This document shows, piece after piece, positions 37,901-49,224 of a stretch of DNA of 64,000 nt (the stretch's first letter is position 1; every line of letters starts with the position of its first letter). Under the pieces are notes generated by a model. It saw only the letters and a list, made by a program, of their open reading frames with translations. It was not told where the DNA came from and ran no database searches. Location: contig NW_026262637.1 of NCBI RefSeq assembly GCF_021869535.1, positions 3,348,001 through 3,412,000 of the forward strand, given 5' to 3'. This stretch comes from Mytilus californianus. Lineage: Eukaryota. The position numbers and the translations under genes were made by a program.

Positions 37901-40900
37901 TTATATGTTGATGGGAGCCATTCTACATCAAACATTTCTTTAAAATCGTTTGCTTTGTATTCTACTGTTTGTTTACTTTTCTATATGAAACTGTGTCAGT
38001 GGGTTCAAGTTAGACACACAAGTAGTTGCATATTTAAGAAACATTTCCCATGTTTTTTTTTTTAGAAATGTGTTAGCAATCCACATGGTACAAAATAGAG
38101 TCGAAAAGCACATTTAATGATCACTGGACTATAAGAACAAATTCGTATAGTTACGTAATCATGAAGATGTAATATAGTAACTTAGAATTTCTTTTGATTT
38201 ATTTCTGTAAATATTATTAACATGAAATTCTTTTTAATTAAGTCGGGCATAGAATTTAACAGTATCCATGAACCCGATTTCATGCGTACATGTAAATATA
38301 TACATTTGACAAATTTATCATACATGTAATATCTGAAAGTTTTCTCAATAATTTACATGTTTTAGCGAAGAGTTTTATACTTCATATCATTACCAACCGG
38401 TAGAGTACAGTTTTGCGTATAACTAACCGGTAGAGTACAGTTTTGCGTATAACTAACCGGTAGAGTACAGTTTTGCGTATAACTAACCGGTAGAGTACAG
38501 TTTTGCGTATAACTAACCGGTAGAGTACAGTTTTGTGTATTACTAACTGGTAGAGTACAGTTTTGCGTATTGAAAAACTTTATAAGAAATATAAGTTCAA
38601 AATGAATACTAGTACAATAATAAAAAAATAATAATAACATATGTAATACAGTTGGTTTTTACTGCTCCAAACGAGGGGTATACTGGTTCTTCTCTGTCTG
38701 ACCGTCTGTCCTATAAAATTTTCTTCATTTTTTTCTCAAATCAAAGCTTTCTGCAAGCTTTGTGTAAGTATATTATATCGTGATTCATTTTCACAATCAA
38801 TGCTCTTCAACTTCCTAATAAACTGTTATACATAATGCCCATCATCGGGTCATGACGGGGCGAATAAACTGTTATACATAATGCCCATCATTGGGTTATG
38901 ACGGAGCGAATAAACTGTTATACATAATGCCCATCATTGGGTCATGACGGGGCGAATAAACTGTTATACATAATGCCCATCATTGGGTCATGACGGTGCG
39001 AATAAACTATTATACATAATGCCCATCATTTGGTCATGACGGGGCGAATAAACTGTTATACATAATGCCCATCATTGAGTCATGCCGGGGTGGGGCCTTT
39101 TATAGCTTACTATGTACATTATACGTTATGTGTTTATGAAGACAGTTACATCCTCGTCCTTTCTCTATTTATTTGATAGTTGTCTCATCGGCAATCATAC
39201 CAAATCTCAGTATGTTTATATGTTTGACTTATTAGTCACATTTTTCTCGGGGACTGTAAACCAGAGCTTCCTGAAATTTCGCTATCCTGAATGATTCGTT
39301 GTTACATTAATTGTTTGTCAACTTCCTGTTTACCGAATACTTATAGTGGAGGTATTACCAGGGAGGAGTAGCTCATAGTGCAAGTTATTTTCAACGGTAT
39401 TATCTAAAACTGACTTAAAAAAATTATATAAACATAGCTGTGAACACCGAGGCAAACGATTTGTTTGGCATTTGCACGTATTAATTACCACGATTTTACA
39501 TGTTATCACAAACTTAGAGATCAGCACAAATCCTTTTGTTGGTGTCTCATTACACCCGTATGTTATACCTATGGACATTTAAAATTTCAATTTGATTTTA
39601 GTTAACTTGTAAATTTGGTATTAACACATAATAAAATTCCTTATATAAGCTTTCGGGTAAGACAAGACAACAGTACTGTTGTTTCCAGAATCTGGATTCA
39701 ACCAATCAAACTATAGAATTATTGATATTTCAGTACAAATAAAAGAATTAAAAAAAAAGGTAAAAGACAAAACTTCAAAATGTATACATGATATATTTAA
39801 AGTTCCCGACTTTAGCAAATTATATGAAAAAAAAACTGTAAAAAGGTAAGTTCAGATGTTAGAATTAAAACTGAATTGAAGGAATGTTGCATATTTAGGC
39901 CTGATTCGTTTTCGTATTTATGAACCATAAGATTTATAAGTACTTCGGGGGAAATGATACCCTGCTACTGAATTTAACCAGCCTATATTTCCCGTTAGTA
40001 ACAAATTAATTCAAAACAATGACCTCTAACTTTTACCGTTCTTAAATTGTTTTAAAGATTGTAAACACATAAATATAACAATATTTATAGTTGAAAATTG
40101 GGTGTTCCCGGTATATTAAGATAATTGACCTGACGACCTAGATTTTAACCGACTTAATATTTAAATTTTATTCTCATTGTGATATTGTAATGTCACTTTC
40201 ATTTAGTAACTTAAAAGGTTTTCTTTAGCAAAACATATTTTTCCTTATTTGCTCTCTAAACGATAATATGAGGTTTGTAGGTTGTCTGGTGCAAGACAAA
40301 ACATTCCGTCCCTAATTAACTCTTTTTTTTTTAAAGTTGCACGTCTATCATCCGATCTGGTATGAACATGGATATGCTGAAATATTTGCGACTGTACGTA
40401 AAGCGATCTATCAATCTTCAAAGTATAAGATATAGATTTTTTTTTTCTATCTACGATGAATCGTAAATATTAATTACATCAATGAAATAGAGAGAGATCA
40501 GTTGAACGCACGTCGTAATTATGTTGTTATATCGTTAGACAATATGTATAGTGTTGATATATGTATACGATGTTAGGTTTTCACCACACAGATTTATTCT
40601 TACTTATCTGACTAGAACACAGAATGAAAAAAATATGTCAAATTTGGCAGACACATAATGATGGGTTCCGATATATTTATTATTAAAACCTGTAATGTAT
40701 ATGTTTGCGTAGGTAACATTTTTATATATAAATGATAAATCATACGTTTTACTATAAAAAGAGAATATAATTGATAATCAATACAAGTTTGTTTTTGTAA
40801 ATGTCGAAAGTGACACAATATTACATATTGTTAGCATATATTATATTACAAATGAATATTAATGCACACGTATTGTATTCAGAAGTATATTGAACGATCT

Positions 40901-41701
40901 AGCATGACTACATTTTATACAAATTTCAGGATAACTTTTAACTTATGTTGAAGGCCATATGTGTACATTAAGATGTTTATTTAGTTGCACTTTGTTTGTA
41001 GCGGACAATCCAATATCGTCTTACTTTTTTTGCATATTTTTTTTTGTTATAAATTGATGTTCATTCCCTTGTTAATGTTGTATGTTTGTCAACTTTTGAT
41101 GCATATACCAGGAAACATAATAAATACATCAATAAAAACATTAAGATGAAAAAATCAATACAAGAAAACATTCACATATGAGAAAGAATAAATGTTAAAA
41201 ACATACACTAACCAGTTCCGTCTTATGACATTTCCGATTAATACTGACATTTACTAAAAGACAATTATAGTTATATGTACATTGAAGAGCACGCACCGTC
41301 TTTTCATTGATAAAAAATTGAATATATGAAAAAACATACATTAGCCAATGCCGTTTTTTGACATTTCCGATTAATACTGACAATTTCTACAGGACAATTA
41401 TATTTCTATGTACATTGAAGAGCACGCGTCGTCTCTTCGTTGATAAAAAAATAAATACATTAAAAACATACACTAACCCATTCCCTCGTCTTCAAAGATT
41501 TCAGATCTTGACTTTAGATTATAAGACAATGATATTCCTGATTACATTGAAGAATATCCCTCCTTTATTATCAACAATAAATAATCAGTTAAAATATTAA
41601 CTTACCAGCTCTGTCTTGAGAGATTTCAGATTGACATTGACTTTTTCTACGAGATAATTATATTCCTGAGCACATTGAAGAATACCCGTCTTTTCCATCA
41701 T
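34643..41701 (-). CDS. Spliced gene: LURAP (leucine-rich adaptor protein 1)-like protein, 3 coding exons (41701-41606, 36223-35989, 34941-34643), 209 aa
   Basis: Phases 0 and 1 join cleanly (GAG CTG|gtaagt ... ttcag|CTG GCT ATG; GAA G|gtacgc ... tatag|GA ATC). Junction reads VNLKSLKTELLAMKKQDVNLLKQLIHISDVIQTI, which matches my recollection of the LURAP domain (L..L+.E+..++..DV.L++QL+.I...I). It is followed by Ser/acidic low-complexity sequence and a C-terminal FESVLQKNIALWK helix. The family call is from memory, not a search. Confidence 0.72.
35989..36223 (-). CDS. LURAP-like gene coding exon 2 (235 nt, phase 0-1)
   Basis: Inside ORF 35960..36217; ttatttcag acceptor, gtacgc donor. Confidence 0.82.
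37020..37575 (-). mobile_element. HINE/DINE-1-like element
   Basis: Minus strand starts ttttatacactcgctcaacaaaattgggggcatata followed by a (GTCC)n tract and internal repeats. Confidence 0.6.
38394..38572. repeat. 30-bp minisatellite, ~6 copies
   Basis: Unit taaccggtagagtacagttttgcgtataac. Confidence 0.95.
38817..39090. repeat. 46-bp minisatellite, ~6 copies
   Basis: Unit aactgttatacataatgcccatcattgggtcatgacggggcgaata. Confidence 0.95.
41200..41595 (-). pseudogene. Three decayed tandem copies (~130-bp period) of the LURAP-like first coding exon plus donor
   Basis: Exon-end positions 41213, 41346, 41478 vs true 41606. The copy ending 41213 reads INEKTVRALQCTYNYNCLLVNVSINRKCHKTEL|gttagt; the other two contain stops. 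Confidence 0.8.
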
Positions 41702-41715
41702 GAACGATTTTATCA
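41606..41715 (-). CDS. LURAP-like gene first coding exon (ATG 41701), MMEKTGILQCAQEYNYLVEKVNVNLKSLKTEL
   Basis: cttgcag acceptor at 41716 implies an upstream exon; strong gtaagt donor. Confidence 0.75.
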
Positions 41716-42736
41716 CTGCAAGGTGTGACAAGAAGTTTACTTAACTTAAAATAAATACTTCACCATGCTTAACTGTGTTGACGTTTTGTAAATACTTCAG
41801 TTTTCCAACTTTATAATTAGCAACACATTCATGTAAAGTTAAAATGGAAAGTCCTTTGTTGTGTCTCTGTCTATGCTTTTAGTTTCTCATGTGTAGATTG
41901 GATCTGATTCTGCAGGTAAAAATCGCAATATCCTTTTTCTAAAAGGAAAAATAAAACATAATCAATAAACCACGTGTTATACTCTCCACAGTTCATTCAT
42001 TTAATGACTTGATACGGGCGAATGACATCATTACACTTTTATTGACTTTTCTGTAATTTTATAGGAATTTATATATCTCACTTTCTCTACTAAATGCATT
42101 AGTTAAACTATAATAGAATGTCTTCTTTAAATCATAATTATTATTAATGGTAAAAAAGTATTAAGTTGAAGTTTATTGATTTACAGTTGGTAACATTTGT
42201 TAGATATTCAACGTAAATGTATTTCTACTTGTAAAATGCATTTAGGGTTTTATAGATATGTTTGTTAATTGACTCAGAGTATTTAAATTAAATGCACGTA
42301 TGTTTTAGTTGTTAAGTGAATAGTTTTATTTTTTTGTCATACAATCAATCAGTTGATATATGATGAAGACAACTCCCTTTCCTGTAAAATTAAGATCTAG
42401 TTTATGATTGCTCCTCATTATGCCTTGTAAAATATCAACGTGGTTAATAACATTATCATTTATGAAATATTAAAGAAAAAAAAAAACATTTCGATGACAT
42501 GATTATTTTAAATAATGCTGGAATCATCATCACTTACATCCTATGAGTATGTAGGAAAATACCACGACACAAAGTTATTGTTAGGGTGTTGAAAAGGTAC
42601 AAACATGCTAGCCTGAAATGACGGTAAAATTTGAAACATTTCTGTGTGTTATTACGTGCGGTTTCAAATTGCAAGATCACACAGACACATAAATGGCTGA
42701 TTCAATTTGCAATTCGCTTAAAACATGTATTTGCCC

Positions 42737-42893
42737 NNNNNNNNNNNNNNNNNNNNNNNNNNNNNNNNNNNNNNNNNNNNNNNNNNNNNNNNNNNNNNNN
42801 NNNNNNNNNNNNNNNNNNNNNNNNNNNNNNNNNNNNNNNNNNNNNNNNNNNNNNNNNNNNNNNNNNNNNNNNNNNNNNNNNNNNNNNNNNNNN
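42737..42893. other. Assembly gap (157 N)
   Basis: N run. Confidence 1.
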
Positions 42894-43662
42894 AACAGTT
42901 CTTCAATGCTGGTCAGTGGATACAACCTAAGAAATAAAATGAGAATTATTAACTCCCTTGATGTAGACTACGAATAACTGAAAAGTCATTCGTACCATCT
43001 ACTGTCAAAATATAGAATAATTCAAATCCAACTATAAGAAACGCACCAACTATCCCACAATTTAAACGAAAAATAAAGGGTGATCCATTTAAACCTCCAG
43101 TATATTATGATGAAGGGTCTAGAAAATATAATATACTGCATACAAGAATAAGGCACAAGTACAGTTCATTATATGCAGACTTAAATAAGATCAATGTGGT
43201 GAATGATTTTAAATGCTCCTGCGGTTCTCCTGTTGAAGATGCCATCCATTACTTTCTAGAATGCCAATTATATTATAACCAAAAAATATCTCTGGTTAAT
43301 GATCTTATAAATATGAACATGCGCATTGATATTGAAACGCTATTGTTTGGAAAAGATGCATATAATTACGAAACTTACTCTAAAATTTTTGATAAAGTTC
43401 GTTATTTCATTAAACAGTCAAAAAGATTTTAACGTTCTAAGTCAGCAGCTTTCTTTTTTCTTTCTGTCCTATTTGATTTTTTTGTTGCCATGCCAATGCG
43501 TGACTCCTTCCTTTATTTTCTATAACTGACGCTATATTACGTATGTGTTGCTGTCATCATATATGTGTATTGTATATGTAAGGAGCTCAAGAGGACTTAA
43601 TATAAGTTGTAATAACTTGTGGCCAATGCTATTGCTTGAATAATGCAATAAATATTATTAAA
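42894..43662 (+). mobile_element. Decayed 3' end of a non-LTR retrotransposon (CR1/L2-like ORF2 C-terminus and 3' UTR)
   Basis: GYNLRN, KSFVPSTVK, IRNAPT..QFKRKIK, YNILHTRIRH, KCSCGSPVEDAIHYFLECQLY (CxC...H...C knuckle), LLFG, FIKQSKRF*; aataaa near 43650. Confidence 0.75.
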
Positions 43663-46148
43663 CTAATGCTGTTAGTGTTGTCTCGTCGACGCATATTCAA
43701 AATCTTTTTTTTTTATCTTTTTTTTTTTTTTTGTTCATTTTGTTATTATGTATGATCATGTATTAAGAACCTTTCATTCTTTTGTTTTATAAGTAATAAA
43801 TGCTATTTTCGTTGGTAATTTTAAGCCAAAAGCAACGTCATTCCGCTCGTCAATACATTTGTCTGTCAATTAACGTACTTATTATGGATTGTTGTATCCG
43901 TATTGCATTTTATTTATTATTCTGTGTTACGTACAATGCTATTGATTTTGGATTTAATTTCCAAGTTCCCGACCAAAATATATGTTTTATTAAGTAATTT
44001 TACATAATGAATGAAGCTATAGTCATAAAAAGAATCTCTTCCTTAATTACACTCAGAGGTACAATTAAAAAATAAGTTTCAATATGGATTAATTGATTGT
44101 TGCTTGTTTAACGTCCTGTGACATTTATTTTATGCATATTCTAGACAAGAACCATTTAACTATAGTTCTTCAATGTGTGACGACCGGGACGAAGGACAGG
44201 AATTGTAGATCCGGACTGCCAATTAAAAATAGAAAATTAATAGGTTAGACAGAAACCGTTTGCCTTGGAACAGTCCACCAACGGACCCCTAAAAAGTTGT
44301 TGCAAGGACTCTTTAACTTCAGAGAGCATGATACTTCAACTTCACGAGGCATTGGAATAAACGTCCACATGGTTGCAAATTTATACATCATGAACTTGAG
44401 CATGGGTTCTATTAACGGAACGGAAAAAATCAACTGAGTGACCATATAATTTTACCCCAGTCAACCCTTGAGATAATTCATATGTATTTACTTTCAAATA
44501 TCACTAAAAATTATAATCAAAGCAGGTTTATAGTGCGATCGAGGTAACACATGATATTTTAATCTCATAAATTCTGGCGTGTATTGATAATGTCTCCCTA
44601 ATAGCAGTATCAAAATTGATGCTGTGTTCCAGTGAAAGATAATGTACATTGAACATGCATAAATATATAATTTATGAAAATTATTTTACAACATTTGGCG
44701 TTTCAGATTATATCATTATTCATATAAAATTAATGTCATTCAATGCAAAATAACTTCGGTGGTAACAGACGTTAAATAAAATTTGCAAATATCATGTACA
44801 TGAATCATTATGATCATAAGTGAATTATGTATAGAATATATGTATAATCACAAGAAATAGACCTTATGGCCAGTACCTCCTGCCTCTTTGTGTCTTGTCT
44901 CAAATTTGAATTGCTGTACAACTACATACGTTGGAGAGACATGCGCGAAATGCTCGATATGATGCGTGATCAGAAATGACATCAGTGATAAAGTCATCAA
45001 ACACGTGATCCATAGAGTCTCTTGAAAGTCATTACTGCAACTTACACAAAAGCGAAAAAAGTGTGTACGGTGACAGAGAAAGAAACAAATCGTGCATGGA
45101 TGACATAAAACATCTCTCTTTTCTTTTTTGTTTGGTCAGTTTTTCAAGTCTGCTTGCTTTTACACTTAATTCCCGTCTGTACTTAATTCCAGCTACAAAA
45201 TGAATCACAAACGTTCATATTCTGCATTCTAACTTCGTAACTCCTTTGAATCTGATCTTAGTCAACAATGGTTCCCCGAAGGTTCCCTGGTATTTATATG
45301 TTTCAAAAGTAGGCAACCGCGTCTTTTTATATATTTCTATTTGATTAATAGAATTGAAAATAGAAACGGGGAATGTATATCGTATTACACTGTGTAAAGA
45401 ATTTATCTTGCCAACTATCTTAACATGTGGAATTTACACTAGTGGTATATTAAAGTGATCAAGTCTTCAATATTCAGAACCTACTTTCATTGGTCTATAC
45501 AAAAACAAATACCAACAATAACAATGTGTTAGCCTTTAATGTGGTTTCAGCATTTATTTTCAACCGTTTATCATCATTTTCTTCATCTGTTGTCTGGGCT
45601 ATACGTTTCAGATTTTTGTGCAAGGTCGTGTTATTTTAGGTCTTTGCTGATTTTAGTCATAAATTATAGTTCGTAACAATACAGAAACAGGTCCACAATA
45701 AGTGGTGCACAGTTAGTCAACATTGCAATTCAGATGTTTACTCTTGGTTTTGGGAAGGAGTTCCCAAGTTTGAACGAACAACTGATAGAAATAAACTTCG
45801 ACTGGAACAGGAACGTTTCTTGTAAAAAAATTGAACCTGTTCCTTCTATTAGAGCACAGACATGAATAAAACCACCATCAACCGGATTTTGAAATATGTG
45901 TTCAGTAATCGAAAATCATAGCGCAGACCTGAAGAAAAGCACACCGTCGGTCCCTTATAATCTAAATAAAGAAAGGGAAATCCGGTCACACATGCGTATT
46001 TTGTTTTAGTTTCCTATAGTAGATAATATTTCTCAATAAACCATTCAAGTAAAATTTGGAATCTTCTCGTCGAAATATAATTAAATTGTAGTAGCATCAT
46101 ATCATTCGAAATATAAAACGGAACGAAATAAAGGTGTTTGACCATATA

Positions 46149-46546
46149 CACAGGCAAAATTTGCTCACGTGAATTTCACATGAATCTCACATGAAATTCA
46201 CGTGAGATTCACCTCAAACGAGCTTATACGTGAAACTCATATCAAATCAGTTAATGTGAATTTCACGTGAATTGAGATTCACATTAATCTCACGTGAAAT
46301 TTTCACATGAATTTCATGTGAACTTAACAAAAATAAAAATTGGTATTTTTTATGATTTTGATTAAATTTGAAAATTTAGATGTTATTTGAATTACGTTAT
46401 TTTAAAAATTCACGTGAATTTCACGTGGAAAAAATTCATGTGATTTTCACGTGAAACTCACATGAACTGATTTCATGTGAGTTTCACGTATAAGTTCGTT
46501 TGAATTTAAATCCATGTGAAATTGATGTGAGTGAAATTTCCCTGTG
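46149..46546. mobile_element. Foldback MITE with TA flanks and internal TCACGTGA/TCACATGA repeats
   Basis: TA|CACAGG...CCTGTG|TA; arms share caaacga.cttatacgtgaaactca...aaatcagtt.atgtga; 7 CACGTG. Confidence 0.8.
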
Positions 46547-47689
46547 TAGCATTTGCTGTTTAATTTTTATCACCCAGCTTTTATGAATTTTTCACAATTA
46601 AGTAGTATCAGTCTTCCATGACGACTCTCTTCCGTTTACCTGAGCATTTGTTTTATACAAGTGGGGCTTCCTTCGACTATAGGTTTTTCAAAATATTCTT
46701 TTTTTCGCCACATTTTTTGTGTTTGTTTCTAATTTCATTGTTAAAATGACCTCAACTACATGTCAAACATGATTGTTGCTATAACGAAAAATAATGCCTT
46801 TATATGTTATTTATGTCGTTCGGTTCCTGTCAAATTGATATATAATATCCCATACCTTCCTTTAATAATATTTATCTGTACCTACAGAGCAAATTCTATA
46901 TAGAAGTGTCTCATTCTTTTCTTAAAACAGAAAATATCTCATATGTTAATATCATGGCTATTTAGAAATATTTTGAAATTCTATGTCACAAATTTCTTAC
47001 TAATATTTGAACTGTGTTTTAATATAAATATAGTCATTAAATGATCAAATTTATTTTCATACTGTATGATATTCAAGTATCTGTATATAAAACTATTTGA
47101 AAACACTAATATATAATCTACAGATTGATTACAGATTAACCTTCGTAACAATGACCTCGCGACCTTTTTATTTTCTATATGTATTTCTTATTGATACATT
47201 TACTATGGAAATAAAAAATACAAAATTTATTTACCACACAGGTCTATACTGAACTGGTAACCTGATGTTTAATTAAAGTAATAAGAATTTATTGCAAGAC
47301 TTCCTCTAACTGTTTGAATATATTCGAAACGCCACCAATATCCCCTAGTCTGTTCAATATAACAGTCATCGCTATATTAAGAACTGTTACATATTGAATT
47401 AAATTTTAATATTTAGGTGATATGATTAACATTAAGATATGGCTTTATATATTATGTGTAAACAAGTCAGAGATTGTAATCAATGTATTGTTAGTTTTGA
47501 TTAAGGGTGCAATGCAAACTATATTTTTAAATATCAAGATTCGACGTTATCTGTTTTATTCGCACGTGGAGGAAAATCCTATACTCTCGAGACAAGAAAA
47601 AATACCCATAAAAATTGATAACACAATTGGTGCATTAATCGTTTAATTATAAAAATAATTTGCAGGAATTACAAGACCTCTTTGACAAC

Positions 47690-48243
47690 TAGTGTGTACA
47701 TTAAGATAGAGAACACATGCCAGTGTACATTAAGATAGAGAACACATGACAGTGGGTATATTAAGATAGAGAACACATGACAGTATGTACATTTAGATAG
47801 AGAACACATGACAGTGTGTATATTAAGATAGGGAACACATGACAGTGTGTACATAAAGATAGAGAACACATGACAGTGTGTACATAAATATAGAGAACAC
47901 ATGAAAGTGTGTACACTAAGATAGAGAACACATGACAGTATGTACATTAAGATAGAGAACACATGACAGTGTGTATATTAAGATAGAGAACACATGACAG
48001 TGGGTATATTAAGATAGAGAACACATGACAGTGTGTACACTAAGATAGAGAACACATGACAGTGTGTACATTAAGATAGGGAACACATGACAGTGTGTAC
48101 ATTAAGATAGAGAACACATGACAGTTTGTACATTAAGATAGGGAACACATGACAGTGTGTACATTAAGATAGAGAACACATGACAGTGTGTACCTAAATA
48201 TAGTGAACACATGAAAGTGTGTACACTAAGATAGAGAACACAT
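47690..48243. repeat. 31-bp minisatellite, ~18 copies
   Basis: Unit cagtgtgtacattaagatagagaacacatga. Confidence 0.95.
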
Positions 48244-48735
48244 TAACAACCGACTCCTGCGAAAAATAGACTTACTAGCAAAGACAAACAGCAACCAACA
48301 ACATATGGTCCAGATGACTTTAACTGGTCGAGTAACAATGTTACGTTGTATGTTGTGCTGTTTCACGACTGAAACAGGTTTATGGTGTGAGCACTCACAT
48401 GCAGACATGTTAAACCCCACCACATTATTTATGTGACTGGCCCAAGTCAGGAGCCTATGTATTTCTGAGTTTGTTGTTTGTTGATGTCGGTCATATTTGT
48501 TTTTCGTTTGTTGTTCTGTTATAAATCAGATCGTTGGGGTTTTTTTTTCGTCGTTTGAATTGTTTTATAATCTGTCAGATTGAGGTCTTTTATAGCTGTC
48601 TATAAACAATATCATTTAGGACAAACCAATAGTACTATTTTAAGGGAAGAATTTATGGTTTGATATAATTTAAAGACGGATATAATACACTGCACCAACA
48701 CTTTTAGCAATAGAGTGTACATGTATATATGATAT

Positions 48736-48900
48736 GGCCTAGTTGGTCGAGTGGTCTAGGGCACTGGACACAGTGCAGGCGGTGTTGCCACGATGTCACA
48801 GAAGCAGGGGTTCGAATCCTGCTAAGGGGAGAACAAACATTGGCTGACGCATATTTATAGATCTAACATTGTTGGGCTAAATTTGAGACGAATTATATAT
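48736..48900 (+). mobile_element. tRNA-derived SINE
   Basis: A box tggtcgagtgg (48744-48754), B box ggttcgaatcc (48809-48819), over-long spacer, no cloverleaf acceptor stem, non-tRNA tail. Confidence 0.65.
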
Positions 48901-49224
48901 ATGTACAATGAATGATACGAGAAAAATGATCAAGATCTAAAGGATTAACTACATATATAAATAATATATCGAACTGATTCACAATATCTAACAAAAAGTT
49001 ACAAGAATTATTTACTCCAGTCTTTTATTTCGCATTTACGAGACAGATGCGATTAAAGGAGCTGATAGCGTTCTTTATTTAATAAATAATCTCTAGTTTT
49101 TATCAAAGGGAGATTCTTACCTTCTGTCATGTGCAATGTCTTGTCCTCTATAATTTTCAATTCCCACGCATGATGAGTAATGTGACCACACATATAAACG
49201 TGACGGTTTTTTGAAGAGTTTAAC

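Noticed and set aside
38362-38640. ORF with NTQNCTLPVS repeats as a mucin-like exon
   Set aside because: It coincides with a 30-bp intronic minisatellite and lacks convincing splice sites.
42631-42977. ORFs spanning the N run
   Set aside because: Artefacts of the assembly gap.
47669-47962. Cys/His-rich ORF as a zinc-binding protein
   Set aside because: Translation of the 31-bp minisatellite.
48736-48830. tRNA gene
   Set aside because: A and B boxes are present, but spacing is too long and no acceptor stem forms; called a SINE.
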